This document shows positions 14,706 through 27,290 of a stretch of 64,000 bases of DNA, one piece after another. The first letter of the stretch is position 1; each line of letters opens with the position of its first letter. The notes beneath the pieces are model-generated. The model had not been told where the DNA came from. It did not search any database and saw only the letters and a list, made by a program, of their open reading frames with translations. A program made the translations under genes and the position numbers. This DNA is from Chrysomallon squamiferum. Taxonomy: Eukaryota > Animalia > Mollusca. Location of the stretch: the NCBI GenBank assembly GCA_012295275.1, contig CM022670.1:372001-436000 (forward strand), given 5' to 3'.

Positions 14706-15182
14706 TAAATAAATAAATAAATAATAATAAAAAAAAAAAAAAAATAAATAAAAATAAATTATACTAAAATTAATATCACATGAACTTCCAAAATCGACTT
14801 CATTTAATAATTATATACACACTATACAGATAGAAGAATAGTTGTCCACAAGTTTACCAGCAGCATCAAGCGCCTCTGCATCAATCTTATCAGTGAGCAG
14901 GCAGTACAAGGCATCCACACCCTTCACATTTTTTATCAGCTCCGCCCTCGGTACAGCGTTATCGCTCTCCCACTGTGTAATATTGCAGTGCGGAAGCAGC
15001 AGCTCGCGGCCTGGGGCCGGAATTATTCGTGTTATGTACACTTTAGGTTTTGTTGACATTGCTGAGCTGAAAAAAACAGAGCACGTTCTAGAAAACTGAC
15101 ATGTTTTTGAACAAACAGTCAATACTAACAGTTCATGATTTCTTGACAAAACACAAATAACATTCCGCAAAACAGTAGCCAT
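13543..15182 (-). CDS. GRHPR: GRHPR paralog B. Exons 15182-14858, 14616-14447, 14141-13543; second in-frame ATG at 15059. As given, exon 2 carries a 1-nt frameshift (assembly error or null allele).
   Basis: Same intron positions and phases as paralog A. Motifs: KVYITR, GVDALYCLLTDKID, STLSVGYDHID, GYTPNVLTNATAELT, WKPLWLCG, GIVGLGRIG, NTSRG, AAGLDVTTPEPL, LPHIGSAT. Exon 3 is 599 nt in both copies; exon 2 is 170 nt here vs 171 nt in A. Confidence 0.9.
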
Positions 15183-15722
15183 TTTACTACTGAAGGGCAA
15201 ATGTTATTTCGACTAATCGCAAAAAGTCTGTAGTGAAATGAGTCGAATCAAGAACTACCGACTTCTTTTTATTGCTGTTAAACTGGTCCCAGATATTTAT
15301 AATTAAAAATAATTATTGTTTGCATCAGTATGGACATAAAAGTAATGTCCATGCTTTAAATAAGAGTGAAAACAAGAACCAGACAAAGAAACATTATAAA
15401 ACTCGCCAATTTTTATAGAATGAAAGAGTATGTAACTCTTTATGTCTTCTGCTTCCTTAACATGGGAGATAATTCTGCCCAAAAGTGAACGTCACCAGTA
15501 TTTTATTTTTACCGAATTTCTGGGTAAAAACAACAACAATTAAATAAACAAATTGCTTTTTAAAATAATTAATATATATATATCCCCACACAAAACAAAA
15601 ACAATGAAAAGACACGATAGAACAAAACAAAACAAAGAGTTGCTTCTTTTTCATCAGAATTATTCATCTTATATTTTTCTCGATGATTTACAGTGAACTT
15701 TTATTCCTCAAAGAACACTTCT

Positions 15723-15762
<40 letters not shown>

Positions 15763-16267
15763 CAACAACCTTAAAACAATAATAAAATTAAAATTAAATA
15801 AAACTATAAATACAATTAGTATTACGAATATTAATTCACGTATATCATTTTGTTTAGTCACACATAAAGGGCCCATAGCTTTTGTAAGTTGAGAATGTCT
15901 GAACAAGATCAATAAAGCAGATAAGAAAATAATAATACAAAATGATAATAAATAATAATAAAGATAATGATGAAGATGAAGAAAAGATAAGACGAAATTC
16001 GTTTAGACCTGTGTCACGGTGATTCCCCTAAGTTGTAAATACATATATATATATATATATATCTGTCTTGGGCAGGTTACTATCCGTTATGGGATCTATG
16101 TATGCAATAAATAAATACCGTATCACGTTTTTTGTACACTAGAACACAACAAACATAAGACACTTTTAAAACTTGTATTCACACTAGCGTTGAGCATTCA
16201 CTATAGTAGTCAAGACTAATATAGATCTGTCACATCAATCACATACAGGTTAACACAATGAAAAGAG

Positions 16268-16313
<46 letters not shown>

Positions 16314-17025
16314 TATGTCTGTCAGATATATCTGTCTGTCTTTCTGATTGTCTGTCTATCTTTTAGTCTATCTATCTATCTATCTATCCACAGTTCTGCC
16401 CCTAACAATAAAAATATTCGGTTTTTTATTAAGAAAGAAAAGGGACTTGCGTTATTTGGGCCAAATAATTTGGCAACGAGTTACGAACCTTGTCGATAGA
16501 CGTCTGTGGCCAGATCACTCAGCGAAACAAGAGACCGTAACACAAAATTCCCAGGCATTTCGTTGATTCTTCTGTCATAATCTGTCTTAAGAAACCATTT
16601 GCAAATATATGTATATGTATATGTTATCATTCATAGCCTATATTTGCAAGAATAATGTACAATATTGAAATTCCAGTTGGTATTTTTATATACTAAGCAC
16701 ACTGAAAAATACACTACACTTACATTTAATGTTAAAAATGTAACTGCGGGATCTCATACTGTGGTTCTCGCTGGTATAATCTAATTACACTGATAAGGAA
16801 ACACTAGTTCCAGACTTCCGTGTGTTTTAAGTATTAAATTTGTTTACGTTGATAAAATAACGGATAGTCATTTAATTTGAAGTGGTGAAATGGTTTACGA
16901 TAATAAAAATATTTTAAAAGATCTTTCGTGTTTTCATTTTACGTCTGAGTCCTCCATTCTCTCTCAGTCTAAACTGTCTGTCAGATATATCTGTCTGTCT
17001 TTCTGATTCTCTGTCCGTCTTTCAA

Positions 17026-17026
<1 letters not shown>

Positions 17027-17104
<78 letters not shown>

Positions 17105-17142
17105 GTCTGTCTGTCTATCTATCTATCTATGTATCTATCTAT
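17027..17142. repeat. (TCTG)n/(TCTA)n tetranucleotide microsatellite
   Basis: Directly visible. Confidence 0.9.
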
Positions 17143-18397
17143 CGAGATAGCTCGGGGAGTATAACACGTGCTTGTTTAATGTCTTGCTAATTAGGTACTT
17201 TATTGTCAGCAAAAGTTGTTTTCACTTCGAAATATCGTTATTGTTGCTATAATCTCATGTAAACTTCAGCAAGAAACAAATAAAACTTTCACTTGGAGAT
17301 ATGCATAATGTCGTTACGTTATTTCCCCACCCCCCTAACACACAAAATATACTTTAAACATTGGTAAGAATTTTAACTTATTTTAATTTGCATTTACGAA
17401 ATCTAGACAACAATTGTAATTTCTCACACACAGCATAATTTTTAGGATGGTCTTTCAGTCTTGAATAAGGACTAATATGACATTCTCTATGACACTGATG
17501 TAGCTAAGAGCTGCATCCTGCCCTGTTTCCATTTGTTTTCAACCTGTCACATACGAGGAAATGTTTACAGTTATCTAGTAGAGAGAGCTTTGTCCACTAA
17601 AACAACAACACAACTTTCAATCTATGTAGAAGTGACTGTGACTAAAATTTGTTTATTTTGTCTTGATCACTACAATTTCAGTACGTACAGAAGTTTTATG
17701 TCAGTTTAATAATACAAAACAATACGGCTTTCAAGTAATACAGTAGTAAAGATGACTAATTTTTATTTTATTTATGGTAACCAAAAGGGTCAGTACGTCT
17801 ACCAGAGAGGTCAGAGATATACTATTCTAGTACAACATGCTACAGAGCTTTGAAATTACTGAGTACAGTGTATAATCACTATCACATTTTTAAAATTAAT
17901 TTTAATCAAGTCATTAATTTCAAAATTCTCGAAATTTACTGACTTCAGTCTATTTATAATCGATGATTCACAAATATTAGGTAACGTGCATGGTTTATCA
18001 AACTGTGCATTATCAATCATGCTGAAAAAAAAGCGTTTGTGCAGACAAATGGATGAAATAATTTAACAGTGGACAATGAACAAACGATAGTTTAGGTGAG
18101 GTGTCGGCAAAGTGGTCGATTTGAGCTCACAGATGTCGATGAGTCTATCCAAGGGGTCGATAAATACTTATGCTTCGAAAGAGGGCCGGTAGACGCTGGG
18201 GTTTAGTAGTGGTTGTACCGGGATAAGAATCTTCTCATTAATACGATCGTTTGTTTTTAAATTTAAAAAAAAAAAAAAATTTTTCGAGTGATCAAAGTTC
18301 ATTTACCTTTAAATAGAGAATGAGCAACAACATAATTGATGGTTCAATAATATATATATATATAACAACCCCCAAACCGTAGCTTTTTAACTAATAG

Positions 18398-18470
<73 letters not shown>

Positions 18471-18941
18471 AAAAACAAATAATTAAAAAGATAGGACGAG
18501 AAAGATCAAAAGAAATAGTGACAGATAGAAGGGAGACACTGATCAAAAGCGAGGGTAAAAACGTAAAGGGTATTTATGCAGAGACTGACATACACAGTGG
18601 TTTTATTGTAAGTGTAATTACAAGAGAATGTTTGTGTAATGACTTACTGCTATCTAATCAACAGTAAACACTAAGCACATTGTTGTGTGAGATTTGTCGA
18701 CTGTCAACAAGTTTCCTGATTCATCCAAACACTACAACTTGAACAGTGCGCACCGCAAACTGTAATTAAATTATCAGCTACTCTTTATTGTCGAACTGTA
18801 ACTAAAGTCAATTTTTATGTTGAAAGAAAGCCGAGGAATCAAAGATTACGTTTTATAGTCATATATTTGGGTAAGTTATTGTTTTTGTTATGTTATGTTT
18901 CAATCATGTTTTAATGAAATAATTACTTAAAAATATGGTAA

Positions 18942-18977
<36 letters not shown>

Positions 18978-19769
18978 AAAACTATTTTAATAAATATAGC
19001 AGAAATATAAATTTTTTACCTTCTTTTTCCTTATTATCATTAAAATATTAAATAAAATATAATAAAACAAATAAACAACTAACAAATTCGTAAATACTTA
19101 CTAAAATAAAATAATTTAAAAAAAAAAAATTAATAATAGAAAAAGAAACAAGACAAGGTTTAACTGATAATAAAATTACAAGGAAATAAAAGAATATTTT
19201 AAAATTATATTTCTGACACTGATTGTTTCATGTAAGAAGAAACTAAAGTCTTGCTGTGATTAGCAGAAATAATTATTTTATCTTTGTCTTTGAACTGACA
19301 TTTTTAAAAGTGTTTTAATATACGATCAGTTACATTTAAAATACAGGAATGGATTTTTTTTTTTTAAAGAAAAAAAGCGTTATATTTTTTATTATTTTTA
19401 TTATTATTTATGTCTTAAATATTTTATTACAAATATATAATAAATAAATAATACTGCAAATAATTTCAAAATATTTCACAACACTATTGGCATTTCTTTT
19501 CGTTAATCTTTAAAATGATGAAATATATTTTAATCAGCACCATAACATTATGCAGTATATATAATTATAATTATAATAAGTAGTTGTTTCAATAATTTAC
19601 TGATGCTGAAAAATGGATGAAAAAAGGATTTTTGGATTAATCAAATATTGAATTAATAAAATCCATAATGCAATACTCAAATCACAGAACAAAATAAAAA
19701 TGAAAAAAAAAAATAAAAAAAAAAAAAAAAAAAAAAAAACCCTCAACAACTGTAAAACCACAGAACTAG

Positions 19770-19801
<32 letters not shown>

Positions 19802-20850
19802 AACAATTTATGTTTTATTTCATCGATATTTCAAATAAATAAAAATCATTATAAAATATTGAAAGTGTATAAATGAGGAATTTTCTAGCAAAATCCTCAC
19901 AGTAATTTTAGAAGCAGGAAATTAAAACAAGAAATTAAATCCAGATTGTTGGTAGCTGAGAGGAAACCATCATCATATCTATTCCCTGTCCATGCATTTT
20001 CCTTCCATGTGTCACGTGAACTGTGATTCAGTCATCACTGTAAGCAACTGAGACATGGTGGTATGTAGGATCTATTCCATGAAGTGTATTCACAGGGTTA
20101 TTTCCTATTCTAACTGATTTATGACAAGATATAGTACATGTTTCTTACTGTTTAAAGGAAGGTAATTATCTAATATTTATTACAGCTAACTGTTAAAAGT
20201 AGAAGTAATGCATTTGCTCTCCACATCATCATTATTAAAAAAATAAAAAGATAAGAAAACAAATGAAAAAGAAATGAAATTAAGGTGTTATTGTTATTGG
20301 GGAAAAAAAGACACCTGCAGACAAAAAAGCACATTCATTTTTTCATTATCTATCTAGTTACAATGTATGTCAGTATACCATCACTGTTTTCTTTATTAAT
20401 TGTTATTGCCATACTTTATTGTTAGAAAAGATTGGTGTCTAGTGATGATATATACAATGTTTGTTAGGCTGTTTGTTTTTACCACCATAAGATACTTTAA
20501 GTACAACTGAATACTTGATCAGAAATTACTAAGATTATTTTACCTGTCAAAATGTATTTATATAATTCTAAAAAGATTATGATTTGTAATATTTAAGTAT
20601 TACTACAGCAGGTAAGAAATTAGGTGAGATTAATTTTTAATGTGTGTTTTTTTTTTTTTCTTAAGTGACAGGTAAAATTTCAGTCATTTTTGTTGAATAT
20701 AAGTGTAAATTTATAACAAATGAAATTGTTATATATTATCAGTGAATTTAATTGATATTATTCCTTAACAAAATGTTTAAATAATTTTAATTAAATCTAA
20801 ATGTCTTTCTAACTAGAAGTGAAATAAAATTTATTTAATTTAATATTTAA

Positions 20851-20901
<51 letters not shown>

Positions 20902-21006
20902 GTAAACCAATAATAAGACAACAAAAATAAAATAAAAATAATAAAAATTAAACAACATCAAATTATTTATTTTCATACAAGTTTCCAACACACACACACA
21001 AACACA

Positions 21007-21054
<48 letters not shown>

Positions 21055-21600
21055 GGTAGTGACTGCATTAGCAAATAAAACACTTACATACTAAGTGGCT
21101 ATTTGATCACTTAATTTGCTCTTTCCTGTTACTCATGATATTTTTCTGACTTGATCCTATTTCATACTGAGCTGTCTGCTAACACAGCATTAAGTTGCAA
21201 TAAACTTCAGCAAGTGCTGCTATTTTGACAAATTAGTCGAAACTTGCATTGCTTTTATACACATCTACACTATAACACAACGTTTTCATTAAATGTTCTT
21301 AGAATACAAAAGACTGTAGTAATGCAGTTTTATTACGGTTATGTAAACTGAGTTAATTTGATTTAGTAATGAAGAATATTCACTGGATAAACTCTGAATT
21401 GTAATAGTCTGTTATCTGTGGATTTTTACCAGCAAGTGAAAATATAACCTCCTTTTAGTGTGCACCTCTAGTTAATGGATGTGCATAATGATTTTTAGAA
21501 GGTAAGTAAATGCTGCAATTACATACAAATAGTTTGTGTAATGTTTCCATTATTTAAAGAAATAATATTAAAACCTTTTGTGAAAAGGACTTTTTTCTCA

Positions 21601-21637
<37 letters not shown>

Positions 21638-22098
21638 TTTATATATAACAATGAATAAATTGGTATATTTTATTGATCTATCTGTATGTCTGTACATGAG
21701 ACTTGTGGTCTTCATTTTATTTATTTATTTATTATGAATGTGTGCTATATACATATGAGTGCATTTATATACATGTTTTTGATTTTTAAATGTTTTAAAT
21801 TCAATATATTTTATCTAAATGAAATCCATATTTAGATTTTTAACTTGGAACAGCATCTAGAAAAACAGTAATAGTCTTGTTTTTATGTTACCTCTGTTGA
21901 ATATGTGATTATTAACATGCTAATTAATGGATGTAACATAATAAACATTAGTTAACTAATAATTTTATAACATTTTAATTAAACTAACTAGTTAGAAGAT
22001 GTTATCAGTTATATAATTATACTTAAAAGTAAACACATACATGCATACACATAAACATACATACATACATACATACATACATTCATACATTAGCATGT

Positions 22099-22159
<61 letters not shown>

Positions 22160-22767
22160 TAAACCTGACCATGACACTTTGAATTTTTTTCCAGTTAATC
22201 CATAATCAGGTTATGCATCACCACCCTGCATGAAGTAATGCAGTACAATTTTTTTTTTTAATATTAATTTTGATGTAAGCCTTTTTAACTCTCATTGTCT
22301 CTGTCTCTCCTCTTTTTTATACACCAGAGAAAGAAAGAGAAAAAGAGAGAAAAACAGAGAGATACAAAGAGAAAGAGAGAAAGAGAAAAACAAAGAGATT
22401 TAAAGGGAAAGAGAGAATTAACATAGCTCTAGTAAAAATGTTTCTAATATTTATTTATTAAAAAATTATGATTACAGTAATAAGTATTACTACAGCATCT
22501 ACTACCACTTCAACGGTTCTGTTACTACTACTATAAAAACAATTACCATGACTGTATCACATTTACCACATGTACACAAATCTGTTAAATGCATATCTGC
22601 ATATGTATATGTATGTGTATGTATGTATGTATGTATGTATGTATGACTGTATATATGCATGTTTGTATCTATGAATGTATATATGCATGTTTGTATCTAT
22701 GAATGTGTTATGTCTACATGAGTATGTGTTTGTTTGTGTGTGCATATGTTTGTGTGTGTGTATGTGT

Positions 22768-22799
<32 letters not shown>

Positions 22800-23705
22800 T
22801 TCAAACATGAATGTAACTTCAGTAATCCAGTAAGTAATTTAAGCAGCATACTGTTAAGATGGGTTGTGTCATAAAGTCCACAGGTACATATCTACTTATA
22901 TCTACTTAGTGCAATAATCTCCATAGTTCACATTCACATGGAGTTGTTTCTTAATCAGATTTGCTGCTTTGTGCTTGGTTTTGATACATCTTATAGTTAT
23001 TTGCTGTTTACTAGATACATTTACTAAAATATTTTCATTAAAGTGTACCTGTGATTTTGCTAGCAAACATTCCAAATATATTTTGTATAATTCTTAGTAA
23101 TTATTTTAACTTTATTACTGGGGTACAATCTTTGCTGATAACAAAGTTTAATGATGATGTAACCAATCTGGTAAGTTGAAAGATTTTGCTTATTTTGACA
23201 AAGATTTTTATCTGTGATATCAGTGAGTATACATTACAACATTTTATGAGTATAAACAAAGGAAATTATCCATTTTCACAAACTGCTGTGTTCAGATAAT
23301 TTTATTTCTACATTAATAAAGACTGGATTCTATGAAGAAGAAAAACAATTACTAAAAAATAGTTATACAAAAGTATTTAGATTTATAATAGTAGAGGTGC
23401 ACTCTGAAGCCTAGTTAATTTTTTCATTTAAGTAAATTATTAATAAAAAAAAATAATTATAATAAAAAAAAAAATAGAATTAAATATAGAGAAATTGAAA
23501 AATAATATATGTTACTTTTTAAATTCTTAAATTTTAATTAGTTTGTATTTTATTTTCAGAATCAGGAATGATGTAGCAAACTTTCATACCATTGGCTATC
23601 TGTTCTTGACATCCATCAAATACCACATCTACCAATCAGAGATCCTGATGTAGTTTTAACTGAAGAAGAATCCAATCAGAAAGCTGTTTACACACTTTTC
23701 AAATA

Positions 23706-26479
23706 ATGTCTTCCTCAAGTGTTTTGTCAGGATCACCATTGGAAAGGAATACCACAACAAGTTTTGTCCCCGTTTCAGATACAGATCTGTATCAGAGTAT
23801 ATCAGAATATGAGGATTCCAGCTCTGATCTTCAGACTTTTTCAACTCAACCACAGTCAGACTCTTCATTTGACATATCAATATTTACATTTACTACAGCA
23901 TCACAACTGTCCACTTCAACATCATTACCATCATCTTCAACAAATTCACCAACAATATCTTTGGATGATTCCCAATCAACTGCTTCACATTCAAATGGAT
24001 TGATTCCAGAGACAGCCTATTCTTTTGCTTCTAATTTTAATCCAGATTTAATAACAAGGTCAACATTGATAGAATCATCTTCTAAACTTCCAGGTGGGAC
24101 AACTGTATCTTCAGTCAGTGGATCTAGAGTGGATTTTACTTCAGATGGATCATTTCCAGCAACAACAGTCCCAAAGAATGTTCCAGCTGATCCTAATATT
24201 TCTCCTACCCCAGCATTGATTCCTTCAACCAGTTTGATTTCTCAGACCTCCAGCAAAGGGACATTTTTACAACCAACATCAGACATATCTGCATCAGCAA
24301 CAACAGCACTGATAAATCCATCTTCAACAAACATTTCATCAACAACATCTTCATTATTTTGGACAACAACAAATACATCAGAAATTGTGCCATCATCTAC
24401 ATTGAATTATTTGTTTTCAAGTTCTGTTATAACATCATCAGTGATAGTCTCAACACCAGCTACTACAACAAGAAATACTGTCAATTCTACTGCTGGCTTA
24501 CCTGGACCAGGTAATTAACAGTTATATTCTAATTAATTAAATATTGGTAATAAATAGGATTACTGTTTGGGGTTTTTCAAAATCAGAGATGACAACTGTG
24601 GCTCATTTGTTATTTTACAGGACTCCGTCATGACAGATTACAGGATCAGTCCTTTATACTGCTTTCAATTAACCATTTCCCAATCCAACCAATTCCTCAT
24701 CACTGTGATATGTGTATTCCTGTCTGTTTGAAGATGTGTATCAAAGATTCTTTCAGCATTTAGTGGATTTTTGTTGATGCACTGATTGCCCATCTCAGGG
24801 TTAAATTATTGTGACTGGTAACCAGTCAGCAGTTATTCCATCTCTTAAATAACTGGGCAAAAATTTATGACTGGGAGGATTTATATCTTTTCTTAAAGGT
24901 TTTAAAGTTCTATAATCTAAAAAAGAGTAATCCATTTTATAGCATCTGCATGCTCATCTGTCACTATCTCAACTCTCTATAGAAATATATGATACTATGT
25001 AACATTATAACAGACAGCTAATAATCAACTGTGTTTTATTAAGTAAAACCTTCATTCTTCCATGTATTAACTGTGGTTTTTAAATAACAGAATTAAGCTG
25101 AATCTCACTTGTTAAATCTTCTCTTAGGAGTAATTTGTTGTTGGATCAGTTCTCTCTGGACTATATACTTACTCCTGTAACCTATCACTAGTGTGTCAGA
25201 TGTTATGTGTTTTACTGTCTATAGGGAGGTGCAATATAGCATAGCTTGCTTCTAACTGGTAAGAGTAACTCTTTAGAGCTGCAGGGACAGCCTTCCCTCT
25301 TTATCTCTTTATCACCAGTATTAAAATATGCTAATGTGTTGTCAAGCAAATATTATTCATTTAGCTTCTTAACAACTGCTATATATTTGACAGTTTTGAT
25401 AGAAAAGTCATGAACTATTTTATTTTCTCTTTGTTTAGCTTCAGAGACTGAAAGTATGTACATCATCATTCCTGTCTGTCTTGTTGTTCTGTTCATGTTG
25501 GTCATTCTGGTTGTCATGTGTCATCGATGGAGAACTCAGGTGAAAAAGGTCAGTCTTGTTACATTAATAAACTTTATCTTCGTTCAGGTATTAATCAATT
25601 TTTCATTTTGATTGATTCTTTGTATATGTATTTGTTTCTAAGTTATAGGTTTGATAGTTTGGTTACTTTATATTTATTTATTTATTTACTTCATTTATTC
25701 ATTAATTTTTTTTAATGTTTATTTATTTAATTATTTACTTATTATTATTTTTTTTTGCTTCTAAACACAACATGCTTATTTAATTATTTATATGCTGATA
25801 TTTGTTTGTTTGTTGTTGTTTTTTAATTTAAGAATAATATTTTAACCTTATTTATACATTTGTTTTTGTTAACTTATTTTTTATTTTATTTGCTGTTTTC
25901 TTTTCCGTTCTTTCATCAGACATGCACAGATTTATGTTTTGAAGCCAAACAACATTAAAAAAATATATATATAATTTTATTTCTACAACCAAAAATATCA
26001 TAAATAACTTTTGCTTTATAATTAATATTTGTCATATTATGTGTATGCGTGTTTGTGTAATTACTTTAACATTTGCATTAGTAAAGTCATTTATTCTGTT
26101 TTACAAGTATCTCGGATCAAATGAACAGGAAGTCATGAACTGCCAGTATTAGTATTTCTATACAACAATATATGGTTTTCATTTTCATTACAATAATAAT
26201 ATACAATCAATTCTAAACTACATAATACATTTATATTAAAATGTTTAAATAAAATTCTTTATGAACTGTGTGATATATTTTCTAAAGCACATATTCTGTA
26301 ATGATAAAAGATTCCATTAATCAGTTATTTCTCATTTGCATTGTAACTGTTAGTACTGGGGTCACAAACTAAGTACTGGTTCAAATTGGTCTTGAATAAT
26401 TGTCACAGTAATTGTGCTTAATTAACAGAAAGCACACAGGACCATTACACATGCCATTTAGCCATTATACTTTTTCATC

Positions 26480-26533
<54 letters not shown>

Positions 26534-27256
26534 GCATGCAAATACACATACACAAACACATACACAAAAATACGTATCCACACAACATTAAAATATATAA
26601 TTTAGTTTTGTATTGCTATGTACAGCTATTCAAACACACATACACATTCCATTACCATTTCTGACTACTGATTAAAGCTGTAGTATGTATTATGTTGTCT
26701 TTAGCATTATGCAGTAGGTTTCTTCTACAGAGTCCAAATGTTTGATATAAAGTAGCCAGTGAAAGAAATTTCTGCTCTAGAGGTATTATCAAAGAAATCA
26801 AATTCAATTTCTTCAAACATGTGGTATGCTTAAACACAACAAATGAAAAATATTTTTGCTGATTAACTGCTAGGTGTATGCAGAACCACCTCCAGACTTG
26901 TGGGTAAACTCTCACACAGAAATGGCTGTGCTACCTGCTCCATCAACCTCCACAGTGCCTGGACTACACATTGAAAACATTGAACCTTTCAGCTTAAGTA
27001 TGTTCATTTGTGGCTCTTAGCTGTTATTAATCTTTAAAGATTTTATCAGTGAATTCAGAACAAATATGAATGTTTCACTTGGAGGATGGTATCTTTATAC
27101 AATAAAGTATGTGTAATGATTTATTTGAGCTAATAACAAATAGCAATCTGCACTGTTTAATTACTAATTACAGTTAATTTTAGTTACTGATTTTTATCAT
27201 AGTCTGCTTTGAATAAGAGATAATGTTGGTAGATTCCAACAGATACATTTTTGGAC

Positions 27257-27290
<34 letters not shown>

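Noticed and set aside
9943-15099. Antisense ORFs over the GRHPR exons (e.g. 9943-10161, 11114-11434, 13673-13900, 14842-15099)
   Set aside because: Shadow frames of real coding exons; their mutual similarity simply mirrors the paralogy.
17144-17200. tRNA-like head (gagatagctcgg...)
   Set aside because: No cloverleaf or B-box could be built; at most a SINE remnant. No tRNA or rRNA genes are supported in the window.
23560-23705. In-frame TGA codons upstream of the mucin ORF read as selenocysteine or readthrough
   Set aside because: A TAG is also in frame, there is no redox motif context, and I could not identify a SECIS.
26108-26131. Possible 24-nt microexon (YLGSNEQE) between the TM and PPDLW exons
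   Set aside because: Weak acceptor (caag) and weak donor (gtcatg); the flanking exons already join in phase without it.
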